A stretch of DNA of 64,000 nt, from NCBI GenBank assembly GCA_028534125.1, contig CM052847.1:22816001-22880000 (forward strand), written 5' to 3'. Positions within the stretch are counted from its first letter, which is position 1. Each line of letters opens with the position of its first letter. Under the pieces are notes generated by a model. That model had not been told where the DNA came from and made no database searches. It saw only the letters and a program-made list of their open reading frames with translations. Below, piece by piece: positions 13,099-26,087 of this stretch. The translations under genes and the position numbers were made by a program. The DNA is from Lama glama. Taxonomy: Eukaryota.

Positions 13099-13754
13099 AA
13101 GAGTCACCAGACAGGATTACACCAGCGCCGTCAGCACAAAACTCAATGAGAGGAAATAAGCCACGAGGAATTCTGTGATGATCTCTCAGTGTTGCCTGAT
13201 ACTCACTCTAGATTCTGTGTATTCGCCCTGGTATTTAATCAGCCAAACTAATGAACCCTGAGGAGAAAGAGAGAGAGAAGCTTCAGGAAAGAGCGCTGTG
13301 TCTGTGTCGGGTTGCTTCCTGTGTTGGACACTGGTCTTCTACGTTCCAGCCTTTGTCTTGATGACTTCCCTAAACTGTCTCTCTCTCGTCAGTTTAGGCT
13401 CTGAAATCCACCCGCCCGATCCTGACCCGCCCCGTGTGGAGAAGCACCGTCCTCCTCTTTGGGTGGCCAGAGCAAGCGCTGCTGCTCAGCCGCTTAACTG
13501 CGTCTGTGTCTGGACATTCAGAGGTGGCTCCAGTGTCGATTTTTAATGCAATTATATAAACAGCTCAGTGCCTGTGTCTGGTGTCTGTGACACCAGCACG
13601 GGGCCTGTAATCTGTCCCCTGGCGACTGGCTCTGTGCTCGGGACGTGCAGGGAAAGCATCCACGGGCCCTCCCGCTATCACAACCAGGCGTGGGCTTCCC
13701 CTCAGGTGCCAGCCTTCCTGGATGTGGGCTTCGGACGTCAGAGCCAGTGGCTCT

Positions 13755-14304
13755 CATTTTTTTTAATTCTGTAGTGCTTTACTATTTTCAAAGTTACCAT
13801 GCACATGATTTCATACAATCCCATAATAACCCTTAATCCCCTGCCCCTATGTCACCCCTCGCCTCCCTCTCCCCGCTGGGAACCACTGGTCTGTTCTCTG
13901 TATCTGTGGGTCTGCTTCTTTTTGTTTTATTCACTAGTTTGTTGTATTTTTCAGATTCCGCGTCTAAGTGATCTTACAGTGTTTGTCTTTCTCTGCCTGA
14001 CTTACTTCACTCAGCGTGATGCCCTCTAAGTCCATCCATGTTGCTGCAAATGGCATTATTTTATTCTTTTTTATGGCTGAGTAGTATTCCATTGTGTTTA
14101 TCCCCACAGCTTCTTTATCTACCCACCTGTCGATGGACGTTTAGGCTGCATCCATGTCGTGGCTGTTGTAAATAGTGCTGCTGTGAACACTGGGGTGCAC
14201 GTATCTTTTCAAATTCGTGTTTTCAGTTTTTTCAGATAAATACCCAGGAGTGGGATTGCTGGGTCAAACAGTGGTTCTGTTTTTAGTTTTTTAAGAAACT
14301 TCCA
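13755..14304 (-). mobile_element. LINE-1 3' fragment with target-site duplication
   Basis: Typical antisense L1 3' sequence (tccatccatgttgctgcaaatggcattattttattc...ggctgagtagtattccattgtg). It is flanked by tcagagccagtggctct (13738-13754) and tcagagcagtggcttt (14305-14320), with a TT/AAAG endonuclease site on the - strand. Confidence 0.9.
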
Positions 14305-14369
14305 TCAGAGCAGTGGCTTTAAATGGCCTGGGAACTGAATGGACAAAGGACTCCAGAGTCATTCACCTC

Positions 14370-15105
14370 CATGAGCCTGGGCGGCCGTGACAAACCAGCA
14401 CACGCCGAGGGACTTAAAACACATGAACTCACCTCTCGATGTGGAAATGCAGGCTTGGTCCTCCTGGGTCCTGGGGGAGCCCGAGCTTGCAGACTGGGCA
14501 CATGTCCCCTCCTCCGGGCTGGTGTCTGTGTCCATCTGAGGTCCCAGGAGTGCGGGCTGCTGGGGGAGAAGACACAGCCACGGGGTGGTGGCCACACACA
14601 CGAGGTCACTTGGGCAGAACTTTGACGGGGCTGCAGGTGCGGGCACTCCTGGCAAAGGGACGCGGCTGTCTGGGGGTCTCTGGGTCAGAGACAAGGGGAG
14701 CTCAGGGCCGATCTGACCTGATGCAAGAGTGACAGCTGCCAGGAAGGTCTTGAGGCTCAAGCCAACCAGACATCTCTAAATCTGCTTGTTTGGTGCTATT
14801 TTTAAATTACTGAACCGGTGAAATTTTGCGTCCGGCCCGGCTGGTTTTGAGCTGACAGGTTTCAGCCCGCAGAGATGCAGAACAGCCCGGGGCCGTGCGG
14901 AGGCCACCTCGGGCTCGTGGCTGACAGCGCCCCTCCCCTCGCCTTTCTGTGGGGAGGACGCCGGTCCTGGGTGTGGGGCTTTCTCTGGATCCAGCTCGAT
15001 TTCCTCTCTAGATCCTGAGCTCGTAACATCGGCAAAGACCCTATTTTCAAATAAGGTTACAGTCTGGGTTCCAGAAGGACGTACGTGTCGCGGCGGGGGC
15101 GCTGT
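14370..15105 (-). mobile_element. MLT1 (ERVL-MaLR) LTR remnants
   Basis: gggcggccgtgacaaaccagcacacgccgagggacttaaaacac at the left end and catcggcaaagaccctattttcaaataaggttaca at the right end resemble the reverse strand of MLT1. The middle is poorly recognisable. Confidence 0.6.
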
Positions 15106-18100
15106 TGACTGGATCGTGTGTTTCAGTCAGTATTCGGTGTGGGAGGAGGACAGAAGCAACCACAGAAGACACACAGGCAGACACGAGCACCAGCGCCGGG
15201 CAGTCTAGTCGTGTCAGGAGGCCCTGTCTTGTGCAGCCATTTCACTTAGAGAACAAACCTGGGGGCAGAGACCCCAAGCGGCTTGAAAAGTCGTGACTTT
15301 GCCGCCGGCCAGACGGCGGTTTCTCGGTTTTTCACTCTTCTGACTTCCCCTCCTGTGCCACGTCCAGGCCGGGGCCATCAGTCAGCTCGTGCCACTGTCC
15401 CCGTGTCCCCTGTCCTGAACGTTCAGGTGTGACTCCAGACAGACCTTGTGCAGGCCCTCCAGGGACGCTGAGGTTTAAACAGCTCAAATGAGAGGGACAC
15501 AGATGGTGACGACGTTCAGACGTTTTCACTGGCTGTTCTGGCAAGAGCTACCGACGCCCAGGCAGGGCTGTCCGCTCTCTGCCACTGGGATCTGCCTCAG
15601 AGCGGAGGCGTCCCGCCCTGCCCCCGGGCATGCTGTTGTAATGGCCCAGGTTGGGGCTTTGGCCCTGGAATGTTTTAAATCTCCCAGGAGAATGTAATAT
15701 GCAGACAGTTAAGACCCACCACTTAACGCCGTGGTGCACGTGCGCACGCAGACACACACACACTGAGTCGGGTGGAGCTCATTCGGTGATGCTCGACTAG
15801 GTGGAGTGTATGTGCTGCGTGGAATTCCATCAGGTACCACTGTGCGCTCCACAAAGCTCTGCAATGCGGAGTGAGAGGGGAGAAGAAGGCAAGAAAGCTT
15901 TGCTCTGTGGTGTCGCTGTGGGATGGGGTCTTGAGACGTTAGTGAGAAAAGCGGAGGCAGCTGGGGAGCTGGAGGAAAGCGCACCCCTGGGCCGGGCATG
16001 GAGGGACGTCCCTGAGGCGCGTGCCCCCTTCCTCGGTCCGTCTCTCCCGCTGCGGGTTAGAACGTCAGCCCTCAGGCATCTCAGGGCCAAAGGCCTCGTC
16101 AGCTAGGTGTGCAGATGACTGCATGGCCAGGGCAAGAAGGAAGCTCGCTCATGCTGGTGAGGAGTGAGAGGCCGGGGAGATGGTCCTGCCCCTTCCCCAT
16201 ACTCGCGGTGCACCCAGCACAGCAGCCTCCAGCAGGCACAGAGCAGCCGCTGCAGGAACCCCGGGGGCAGGGACGCTGCGAACACGCCGAACTGACGGCA
16301 CGAGCCAGCGCTCACCTGCAGCAGGAGGCAAGCGCAGCCCCTCCTCGTCTCAGATAAGCCGGGTTTTGCAGCATCTGCGGCTGGTGTCAGCCATCCCTCC
16401 TCACCCCACCAGCCCACGGACAGCATCCTCATTCGCAGGAGGTTGCCGTCCAAGAGGCTCTAAGCTCTCTTTGTCCACACTTCCCCTCCCAGGCGACCGC
16501 CGGCCCCTCCACGCCCCAGCCGGCCGGGCCACAGACGCTGCCTTTTGTTTTGCATTTATGTTGCGAGTAAGACACTGTTGCCCTGCTGACGCTCTGCAGA
16601 GCATCAGTGAGTACAGCCTGTTAGACAGGCTGCAAGCTGTCTGGACTTCTTGCTGGAAAGGCTGGACGTGGTTTGGGGCAAGATTTTTATGAGATCTGAG
16701 AGGAAAACAAAGTCTTGAATGCACCACTATCTTCCAAGATTGGTGTCGGGTTTTTTTTTTCCACTTGTTAGTTGCAAAACAAAGCAAAAAAAAAAAAAGA
16801 TGACAAACCAAAGGAGCTGAGAATGAAGATACACATCTCAGGAGGAAGCTTGTCAAAGGCAGTGGAGGATAAACAGAAATAAATCAGTTCTGGTTTTATC
16901 AGAAACTGGACAGACCTCTACTGGCATATAGTTTGGCATTTCCAAGCCGTCCCAGGGAGTGCCCTTAAAATACAAAAGGAAAATCTGAGATGCTCACAAC
17001 AAAAGCAAGATTTGCTCCCCAAAAGCTATTATCAGTTTCTCAAATGCGCACAAGAAGAAAGTCGGAGGGGAAGGGAATAAAACCAGCCCCTCGAACAGTA
17101 AGACGGCTCTGAAATCTCTCTGTCTCTGGGTGTGACACAGACTTCTCTAAAAAGGCCCAACTTTTCAGTCAAAGAATTCTGGTTTCTTAGCAACCTGCTA
17201 CCAGAAGGCTTGGGGTTTTTTTCTCCCCACAAGTTACTGAAGAAAAGCCAGGATGAGTGCTCGTGTCAGCATCACTGTAACAAGGAAGGACCCTTATTTG
17301 GAGAACAGGCCCTGGCTGGCGGCTCACCCCTCCGGCTCTCGGTCCTTTCCTGGGGCCCTCGGGTTTCAGACGTGCTGTGAGTGGACTAACAGCCAGCAGT
17401 GGCTGTGGCCCAGACCCTCAGACGCGAGGCCTGGGTCACGTCCTCCCGGAAGGCACAACTTCCTCGAGGAAGGCCTGTGTTCGTCTTGCGGGGCAGCTCT
17501 GGGCAAGGACCCACCGCCGCCGCCACCTGCAGGCTGGCTGCCGCGCGCCTTCCTCCTGTGCAGCGCAGGCAGAAAAAAGGACCAACTTTCTAAGGACATG
17601 ACGGTTTCAGCCGTCCTCACGGAGAAGGACCCGAGCTCGGCCCTTTGTCTAATTAGGGGGATAAGCAGGCTTCACAGTAAAGTGATGGTGATTGAAAGAG
17701 TAACTTACAGCATTTTTTTCTAAGCATTTCACTTTGACAATCATTTCTTTTGTCTCCGCTGCTCCCATGCCCCGTGGGAACTGAGTGCAGGCGCCCTGGT
17801 CCTGCAGGTTCTCTTGATCTGGCTGATTCCCGTCAGGGCAGGGCAGGACTCTCGGGAGGGACGGCGTGTGTGGACGTGAAGGCTGAGCGTGGCCATGGGT
17901 CACGGCGCACAGCACGGATGCTGGCGCCCTGGGCTGGGAGGGCTGTTCAAGGACGGTGTCCACGAGAGGCAGGACCCCGGGCTGCTGCACTTGGAGCTGA
18001 GATCAGAAATAAAACCATCCAAGTGGAGGCCTAACCCCGGGGCCGAGGTGGGTGTGAGAGTCTGGGGACCCAGGACAGACGTCCTCCTGGGATGTCACTG

Positions 18101-19399
18101 CAGACGGCACAGAGGGCAGGGGACAAAGAAGGTCCTTCGGGGAAGCCTCGGCGCTCGGCAGGGGTGGTGACGGGACAGAAAGCCTGGACGAGGAAGGACA
18201 CACCACAATGACAAGGATGTGAAGCCTCCTTCCTGCTCCAGGCCGGCGTCTGTGCTGAGCCCCGGCTAACCCTCCCCGGTCACATGGGCCTCCGCCCAGG
18301 GCCAGCTTCTCCCAGCGGGGCCAGCGCCCTCCCCCTGCTCTGCACCCTAGTACGTGGAGTGACCCTCACGCACAGCCACCACCTTTCGGCTGACTGTCCC
18401 TAAGCGAGCGTCCAGGCGGGGCAGCCTGTCTTCCAGCAGAAGGTGCAGGTGGGTGGGAGGCGGCCGGGAAGCTCGGGACCCCACGGCTGGTCCCAGGGGA
18501 GTAAGGCAAGGGCTGGGCTACGGGGCCATACGTGGTGTCAGGAGGAGCCCTGCAGGGCCTGGACCCCAGCCCTGGGGCCAAGCAGCTCGTGGAGTCCCAC
18601 CAGGCCTCTGAGGATCCTGGGGCTGGGACCTGGGGCGGCATCTCTGCCCGACGTCCCAAGAGCAGCTGCCGAGCGCCTGCTCTGCTCACAGGAAGCCTCT
18701 GGCATCCACAGCTACAACGGGGGCACTGTGTTCTTCCTCCTGAGTCTGAGGAACATTCACCCCCCGTGAGGAAGCCGAGGCGTGAAAACAAACGTCCCTT
18801 TCACTGCAGATCAAAGGCCCTTAGTGGGAACTTTGAATCAGATTCCTTTCCAGAGCCCAGGTGCCCTTGGCCAGCGTGAGCATCCTGCCGGCGGTCCCGC
18901 CGCGTCCCCGGAGAGGACAAGCCGTCTGACCTCGGGCCCAGGCGCCTGGTGGAGCAGCCCGGCCCTGCGCTTGTCCCGCAACAGCCGGGCTGATGGCCAT
19001 GAGGTGACTGCGCAGGGAGGGTCACTGCCTGTCCCCCGCCCCCGACCTGATGCAGACAGTCAGGCGAGTTTAGCACCTGAGCACCTGCGGCCGTGAGAGG
19101 TGTTGACCCGCGTCAGCCTCGGAGGAGGTCGGGTGGACTGAAGAAAATGCCCCGGGGATGCGATTCTGCGTGTGTAACAGAGAGGTACGGCCCGGCAGCG
19201 CCTTCCGTGGAGGCGGCAGGCCCCGGCGCTGGCCAGGGAAACTGCCCCCTCGATCTCGGGGCTCAGGAGGGTCTCCCCGGCCTCCCCGAACCCATGACAG
19301 CCAGGCTCCTTTGTCGTCACGGCTGCCCCACCCCACTCCCTTCCCCTCCAGACATAAGTCTAATGAAAACCTACCTGCCATTCACCCCACAGTCTATGT

Positions 19400-19630
19400 C
19401 ATACTTCCCCGAATACACCCAAAGGGGCCATCTCCGCATCATAGTTGTTCTAAACAAATCTGAGATATCCCCGCCATGTCTGTGAAATTTGACTGTCTTA
19501 GATTCCACACAGAAGTGCAGTCATGCCGTGTCGGTCTTGTGTCTGGTCATCTCCCTCAGCACAGTGTCTCCAGGGCCGTCCACGTTGTCGCAAACAGTGG
19601 GTTTTTCCTTTTTAAAGGGTGTGCAGTATT
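19400..19630 (-). mobile_element. Old LINE-1 3' fragment
   Basis: ttagattccacacagaagtg...ctccagggccgtccacgttgtcgcaaac is a GC-shifted version of the L1 3' antisense motif. Confidence 0.6.
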
Positions 19631-19634
19631 CCAG

Positions 19635-19700
19635 CTTGCACGTGTGTGCGTGTGTGTTTCTGTGTGTGCACGTGTGTGCACATGAGTGTGCGTGCATGTG
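19635..19700. repeat. Degenerate (TG)n/TGCA low-complexity repeat
   Basis: Alternating purine-pyrimidine tract. Confidence 0.85.
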
Positions 19701-19704
19701 AATA

Positions 19705-20470
19705 ACTCTTAAGCGTCTGTCAGGCAGGGCTGGTGGTGACACATTCCCTCAGTCTTTGTTTTTCCTAGAAAAGACATTCTCTAAGCTTCATTTTCACAGA
19801 ACTGTTTTGCCAAGTGTAGTGTTCTTGACTGACTTCTGCTTTCGCTCCCACTTTGAAGCAGTCACCCCCTGCCCCTGCCGCCTGCAGGGTTTCTGCTGAG
19901 AAATCCTCTGGTGATCTTAGGGTGTTTCTCTCGCTGCTTTCAAACACCTCTCTCTGACACCTACAGTATAATTACGTGTGTCTCGACACAGACCTCTTCA
20001 CACTTAACCTACTTGAGATCCTTTGGCTTCTGAGTCTGTGTGTCTATTTCTTGCCCCAGATTTAAGAAGGTTTTTATCGCTATTTCCTTAATGCGCTTTC
20101 TGCCTCTTTTTCTCCCTCTGCCTCTTCTGGGCTCCCATAATGCATCCGTCGTTCAACTAATGGTGTCCCATAAATGCCAAAGCCTTTCTTCACTCTTCTG
20201 TATTATTTTTTTTCTCCTCTGACTGAATAATTTTAATGACTTGCCTTTGAGTGCACAGACTCGGGTCTGCCGGTGACGCTCTCCACTGCATTTTTTCCAT
20301 CGCAGTCACTGTGTGCCTCAGCTCCGGAATTTCTGTTTGATTCTGAGCCATGACTGCCCTCTTTGCTAAATGCCCCGTTTTGCTCCTGAATTGTTTTCCT
20401 GACTTTGATGTTCACTTGTAGCTTCTTTAAAATGCTTATTTTGAAATCTTTGTCAGGAAGCTCACAGGCC
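19705..20470 (-). mobile_element. Old LINE-1 ORF1-region fragment
   Basis: ggctggtggtgacacattccctcagtctttgtt...tgcagggtttctgctgagaaatcc...tgtgtctatttcttgccccagatttaagaaggtttt are characteristic of antisense L1M ORF1. Confidence 0.75.
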
Positions 20471-23400
20471 TCCGGTTCCCGGGGGCTGCCCGAGAGTGCG
20501 CCGCGCCCTCCGGCAGCGTCAAGTCTGCTTTGGTGTCTGTGCCCTTGAAGGAATGGTCCTCTCTTCCAGGCTTAAGGACTGGCTTCAGCGGGAAAGACCT
20601 TCACTTGCTGGTGGCTGCAAGGCTGCCAGGTGAGTGGCAGGTGTGCCGGCCCTGGGCTTGTCCCTGGTTCCAGCGAGCGTGCCAGCACCAGGGCCGGGAC
20701 AAAGGCGTCCCGGCAGCAGCGGGTCTGCGTCCAGGGCATGGAGGCACTGACCCCCTCGACAGTGGAGGCTCAGCTGGAGAATGGGCGCTTTCTGAGCCGT
20801 CTCTCCCCTGTTCGTCATGTTCAAGGAAACAGCTGTGGGGGGGCCTCCCTGTGGCCTTGAAGAAACGCACAAGGACAGCCTCGCCCTGCAGATGCGCTGT
20901 TTGGAATGGTAACAATTTTCATCTACTTTCTCTCTCCTCGATGGAACCTGCTTTCAGGGTAAAGAGAGCAGATTTGGGGCCAAACGGTGAGACAAAGGGG
21001 TCTGAGAGTTTATCCTTCACATTTGAAAGTGAATACAACACTGATGTCACTGGTAATTTTGCAGAACAGGTGTTAGCACCCCTTGTTATTTAGGCAATCG
21101 CTAAAAAACTTTTCTTGAATTTAACGCAAGCCAAGAGCGTGAACATCACTTCCTTTATGAAGCAACTGCGTTATCTGCTGAGAATCCTTTCTCTCGGCGT
21201 GCTGACATGATTCCTCTTGTTTACGGCTTTTCACATCCAGATGAACTCAAACAGCCATGAATCAACCCAAACAGAGGACGTCATCTGTTAGTGCCCTCAT
21301 ATGGGCACACTAATGAGAATTTAAAGATTCTAATTAAACCCAGATGCACAGTATCTTCCCGGCTACATCAGGAAGCACCAGTTTGACAGAAACAGAAATA
21401 CTACATTTGCCAGTGCGGCTTTAGTGCATTTTCTACATCTTCATCGTATTCCAATTTAAGTTAATTGTTAAAGCAGTAACTACTGTTAACATGTGTGAAC
21501 AAATTGTGGCTGCCTAACAACGTAGGTGGTTGTGAAGAACCACAGACGTGCTTAATGGCTACGCAGACGTGCAGATATCTGCGCACACTGCCCTCAGCTC
21601 TCAGTTACCCCAATAATGAACATGGGCTCTCTTACCTTAGGCTTTTCTGAAAGCCTCAATTATTAAAAAGCCCTCAATTCAAGCATCTGGATTTGAATTC
21701 CACCCCCGCCCTGCCCAGCTGGGTCACTGTGGCTGGGCAGCGTGCCTCTCCCAGCCACACCCATAGATGCTCCCCCCGAGGCTGGCTGTGTGGGGGCTGG
21801 GACCACCCTCCTTCCCACCTGCACTGCTCGTGGTGACCCACGACTGGGGGCCCCTGTTGTCTTGCACCCACTCTCTGCTGGAGGCACTGGTGAGCCGGAA
21901 AATGGCTGGGCTAATTCGTGAAATACATAGCAAAAAGCAGAGGGTGTCATGTGTTTGCCAGACATGGCAGGGGGCAGGGGGCAGGTGGAGGCCAGCTCGT
22001 AACACAGCCAGACCTTTGTCACCAACAGAGCAACAGCCATTCACATAACTGCGCCCCCTTTTGCTTTATGCAGATCCTTTAGTTTCTGAAAACCATTCCT
22101 TCATTTTCCCTGTTTCTTTACTGTAACTTTAAAAACGCCAACGATACAAGGTGAAAAACATCTTCTGCCCAGGAAATTGGGATCACGAATGTGACCAGCC
22201 CCCAGCCCTGTCGACGCGAACCCGTCCCTCCTGGCGTATTAAGGGGACTTCTTGTCCACAGGCAGAGAATTCAGCAGACGGTCCACAGCTCGGACCCCCT
22301 CCCCGGGGAGACAAGAGCAGGGGGAACCTCATTGTTCTGCTCCGAGATTTTCTCCACTGGTTTCAGCACATCAGGGGCAGGAGTGAGGGTGGTGGTCTTC
22401 CTCTGAGGCTGCGTGTGGTGGGGTCTCACAGCAGCACTGTGTGGGGGAAAGCCTGTGTGGTCCAAAGAGAGAGAAGGGGGCCCCCCTGGAGCCCGGCGAG
22501 AGGAGGCGGGTGGGGACTGCAGACCAGAGTGCCGGCAGAGTGTCTGAGCCCTGGGTGCACGGCCTGACGGTCTGATCCAGAGTATCCGGGAAGGGGCCTG
22601 CCTCCTCCAGGAAGTCCTCCTCCAAACCCTGGGTCATTGTATGACTTAGGGCGGTCATAAAACCCACACTAGGGGGAGGGGCTGAGCTTCCTTCGCCATG
22701 CCCATGTCTCTACGACCACATGTGCGCCGGTTAGGCTGGCCGTGCCCATTTGGGCCAAGGGTGTCAGTGGTGCCACAGCCCCGGCGTCCTCCCTGCCCCG
22801 CAGCAGCTCTCGGAGGCAGGACCGGGCTTCGTACCCACTGGGGTCAGACGATGCGTGTGAACCCGGGTCCACGGCTCACTCTCCAGCGCCCTTGCTGCAT
22901 GGTTGACCGCCTCCCCCAGCTTGTTGGTCTATGAACTGGGGAATGACTGCAGCCTCGAGGACAATGTGGATTCAGGGAAACATGCCCCACTGGGCACCGG
23001 GCACCGGGCAGGCTCCCAGCCCCAGGGGGCGTCGGCACCGAGGGCTGCGCGATGTTTGTGTTACAGGCTTTTTTATATCGAGGACCCTGTCTGCTTCGTC
23101 TCCATTTCATTAGCGTCTTGCTCAGCAAACTTTGATTGATTCTCTTCCCAGGGGATGGGTTCAGAGATGAAATGAAAGCAGAAGTGCTTGAGAAAGAGTC
23201 TCCACTCTGCCTCTCCCAGGCCGTTCTGGAACCACGAGCGAGCTTTTCACAACAGCGGCTCCAAAATCCGCCTTCCCAGCTTAGCTGGCGGGGGTGGGGG
23301 CACTCTGCAAGTCCCCAAGGCAAACGCATACTGTGGTTGGGGCACACGGCATGTGTGCAGGGGTGGTGTGCATCTGTGCGTGTGCATGCCTGCCTGATGG

Positions 23401-23569
23401 CATCGAAGCGCGCGTCCTTTAATCAGCCTTCTGCTGAGAAGACCTCAGCGGGGCCGAAGAGGGGTATCCCCGGGAGGTGTCTCTGTGCTGTGTCCAGGAG
23501 GCTTCGTGTCCACACAGTCTGGACAACAACAGTGAAGGCCGGAGGACCAGGTACTGAGCATCGGGGCCA

Positions 23570-23705
23570 GGCTCTCGTTTCCCCAGTAACCACCCTACGG
23601 CATAGGCGCTGTTCCTACTTGAGAGGGAGGAAACCCACGCCTAAGTGATGTCCGCTAGCAGCACTAGGACCTGAGTCTGGACCCGCATGGTCTGAGCCCT
23701 CAGCC
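23570..23705. mobile_element. MIR-like fragment
   Basis: taaccaccctacgg...gaggaaaccca...taagtgatgtcc resembles a degenerate MIR. Confidence 0.4.
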
Positions 23706-23744
23706 AGACAGCAGCCCCTCGTGGCCTGTCAGCACGTGTACCGT

Positions 23745-24005
23745 GTCTGCTTTGGTCGCTGGCGCTGTGTCACAGACCAGCCTGAAACCCAGCGGCTCAA
23801 AACCACAGTTGTTTGTTCTGCTCACGCACCTGCTGGCGGGTCTCGGGGGTGCGGCGCCCCATGCTCCACAGGGCACTGGATAGGCAGCTCATCTGGGGGC
23901 CAAGGACCCCCGAGAGGACTCACCGGAGGCCATAGTGGTGCTGGCCTCCCCGGGCTCCTCCCGGCTGGTCCCAGGGGCCAGCCCAGGCACCACTGCCCCT
24001 CTCAC
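23745..24005 (-). mobile_element. MLT1-like LTR fragment
   Basis: gctgtgtcacagaccagcctgaaacccagcggctcaaaaccacagttgtttgttctgctcac resembles an MLT1 terminus. Confidence 0.5.
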
Positions 24006-25744
24006 TCTGCAGTCGGGATGGTCTCCGAGGCGAGGACACTGTGACGTGGCCCCGTGCTGCTACCTGCCTGTCCCAGCGCCATCAGTGCTCCCCAAAGGCA
24101 AGTGTGGTGGCACGTCCCCGGGCTCCCTGTGGCCCGCAGACAGGTGAGGGCCAGCCTTGAAGGGCAGCCCTCTCCAGCCCCCGTCCACGTGCAGCCCCTG
24201 GTCTCCGTGGGTCTGACTGCTCCTGGGGACATTTTAAAGAACATGCGCCATCCAGAGTGTTCCCAGGAGACGACTGGATCGGTGTCTCCATGTGGAGTAC
24301 CGGATTCGTGGCCTTTTGGGGTGATTCTTGTGATGCCCCCTTCCCAGGAAGGAGCCGGGCAGCTCGGAGGAGGTCGCTGCCCATCAGCTGTACAGCCCGG
24401 AGCAGAGGGGGAGGACCTCCAGCCCGGTCCTCCGGCTCCAGGCTCGGAGCCCTGTCCGCGATGCCGTGGGAAGGGGGAGGCAGGCCTTTCATCTTCCGTG
24501 CCTTCCTGCAAATTCGTTCTGCCTCTCGGTCATCTGGGGTTGAGCGTAACTGAGCAGTCAGCCTGAGTTACTTCCTTGGACACCGGTGTTTGCCAGTCTC
24601 TGGTGTTGACGTTAATGAGGTGTTACCGCCATTGTCAGCAAGCAGGAATCATGACCAAGACCTAGAGACGCCTTTTCCCTGGAAACACGAGGAACATTGA
24701 GCTGGAAGCTGGGGAGGAGCATCTCCCCTTGGCTAGGGTCACTCTGAGGCCGTAGCCTGCTGTCCGGGGGCTCGACGACTGTTCTCGGTGACAGCTTCCT
24801 CCGCCTTCCCAGTATGGATGCGGCGGACCGTCCACGAGGCCCCTCGCGCCCCGCCTGCAGGTGCCCCCTCCCAGCACGTGCTGCACACACCAGTGTGGGT
24901 GTGCACCAGCGGGGGCTGTGGGTACCGGTCCTGATCCGCCTGGCCCCACCCACATGCAAATCTAACCTTTTGGATATTTCCGCATCAGAAACCCGAGGGC
25001 AGGATTTCAGCAGGAAAATATTTACGGAGGGCTGTCTCCTCCATAATCCGTCGATTCTCATATCCTCACCACTTCGGCTGAATGTCAGTTTTACCCTGAA
25101 GACAGTGACTGCAAATTTGAACACATTGTATTTACTTAAGCCATTCAAAATATTAGTGTTGGAAATGAGTGAAGTTTGAGGCTTTGGGTGTTCCCACTTA
25201 GTTGATTTTTCCTGCTTGCATAGGGCTGGTGATTTGCTGTGGTAGCGGGGGCCACGTCTCCGCTGTATGAAGCACGGACGCTGTGCAGCGTGTTGGGCGT
25301 GGGGCCACTCTGCGCGCCAGCAGTACCGACGTCGCGCACCTCAGGTGCAGACCCCGCCCCCCCGCCAAACGCCCACCCGCAGCTGTTGCTGCCCTGAGAG
25401 AGGCTGGAGGGCCTCCTGGAGGAGGTGTTGACTCGCCAGCAGCCAGGACAGCGGGAGGGCTCTTCTTTTCAGATTTTACAAAGAACACGAGCTGCAAATA
25501 ACACTCATTAGTCAGGATTTTTGGAGCGGGTTTCCAGAGCCTCTCTGTGCAGGACTTGCATCTGACTTTCGATATCGCAAAGCTGGCATCTCACTTGTCC
25601 GGGGTCCAGCCGCTACTGCCCTACCCTGGACCCCACCCAGACCCTCACCTGTCATTGTCCTGGTGGCCAGACCACCCCACCCAGAGGTGGTCTGGAGGGG
25701 GCCTTGCCACCAGGACTCTGCTTGTACCTGAGGACTGGACTCGA

Positions 25745-26087
25745 TGAGACATGGGGGGTCTCTGTGGGGCCCCCTCCTCTCCCCACCAAGGACTTCAGTG
25801 GACCAGACACGGTGGGTGGGTCTCTGTGGGGCCCCCTCCTCTCCCCACCAAGGACTTCAGTGGACCAGACACAGTGGGGGGGGTCTCTGTGGGGCCCCCT
25901 CCTCTCCCCACCAAGGACTTCAGTGGACCAGACACGGTGGGTGGGTCTCTGTGGGACCCCCTCCTCTCCCCACCAAGAACTGCACCAGACCAGACACGGT
26001 GGAGGGGTCTCTGTGGGGCCCCCTCCTCTCCCCACCAAGGACTTCAGTGGACCAGACATGGTGCAGGCGTCTCTGGGGGACCCCTTC
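25745..26087 (+). repeat. Minisatellite/VNTR, 62-bp unit, ~5.3 copies
   Basis: gtctctg anchor recurs at 25758, 25820, 25883, 25945, 26007 and 26069. Unit is approximately gtctctgtggggccccctcctctccccaccaaggacttcagtggaccagacacggtgggtgg. Confidence 0.97.

Noticed and set aside
25745-26087. Regularly spaced repeats resembling a CRISPR array
   Set aside because: Units are contiguous with no unique spacers, the context is eukaryotic and there are no cas genes; it is a VNTR.
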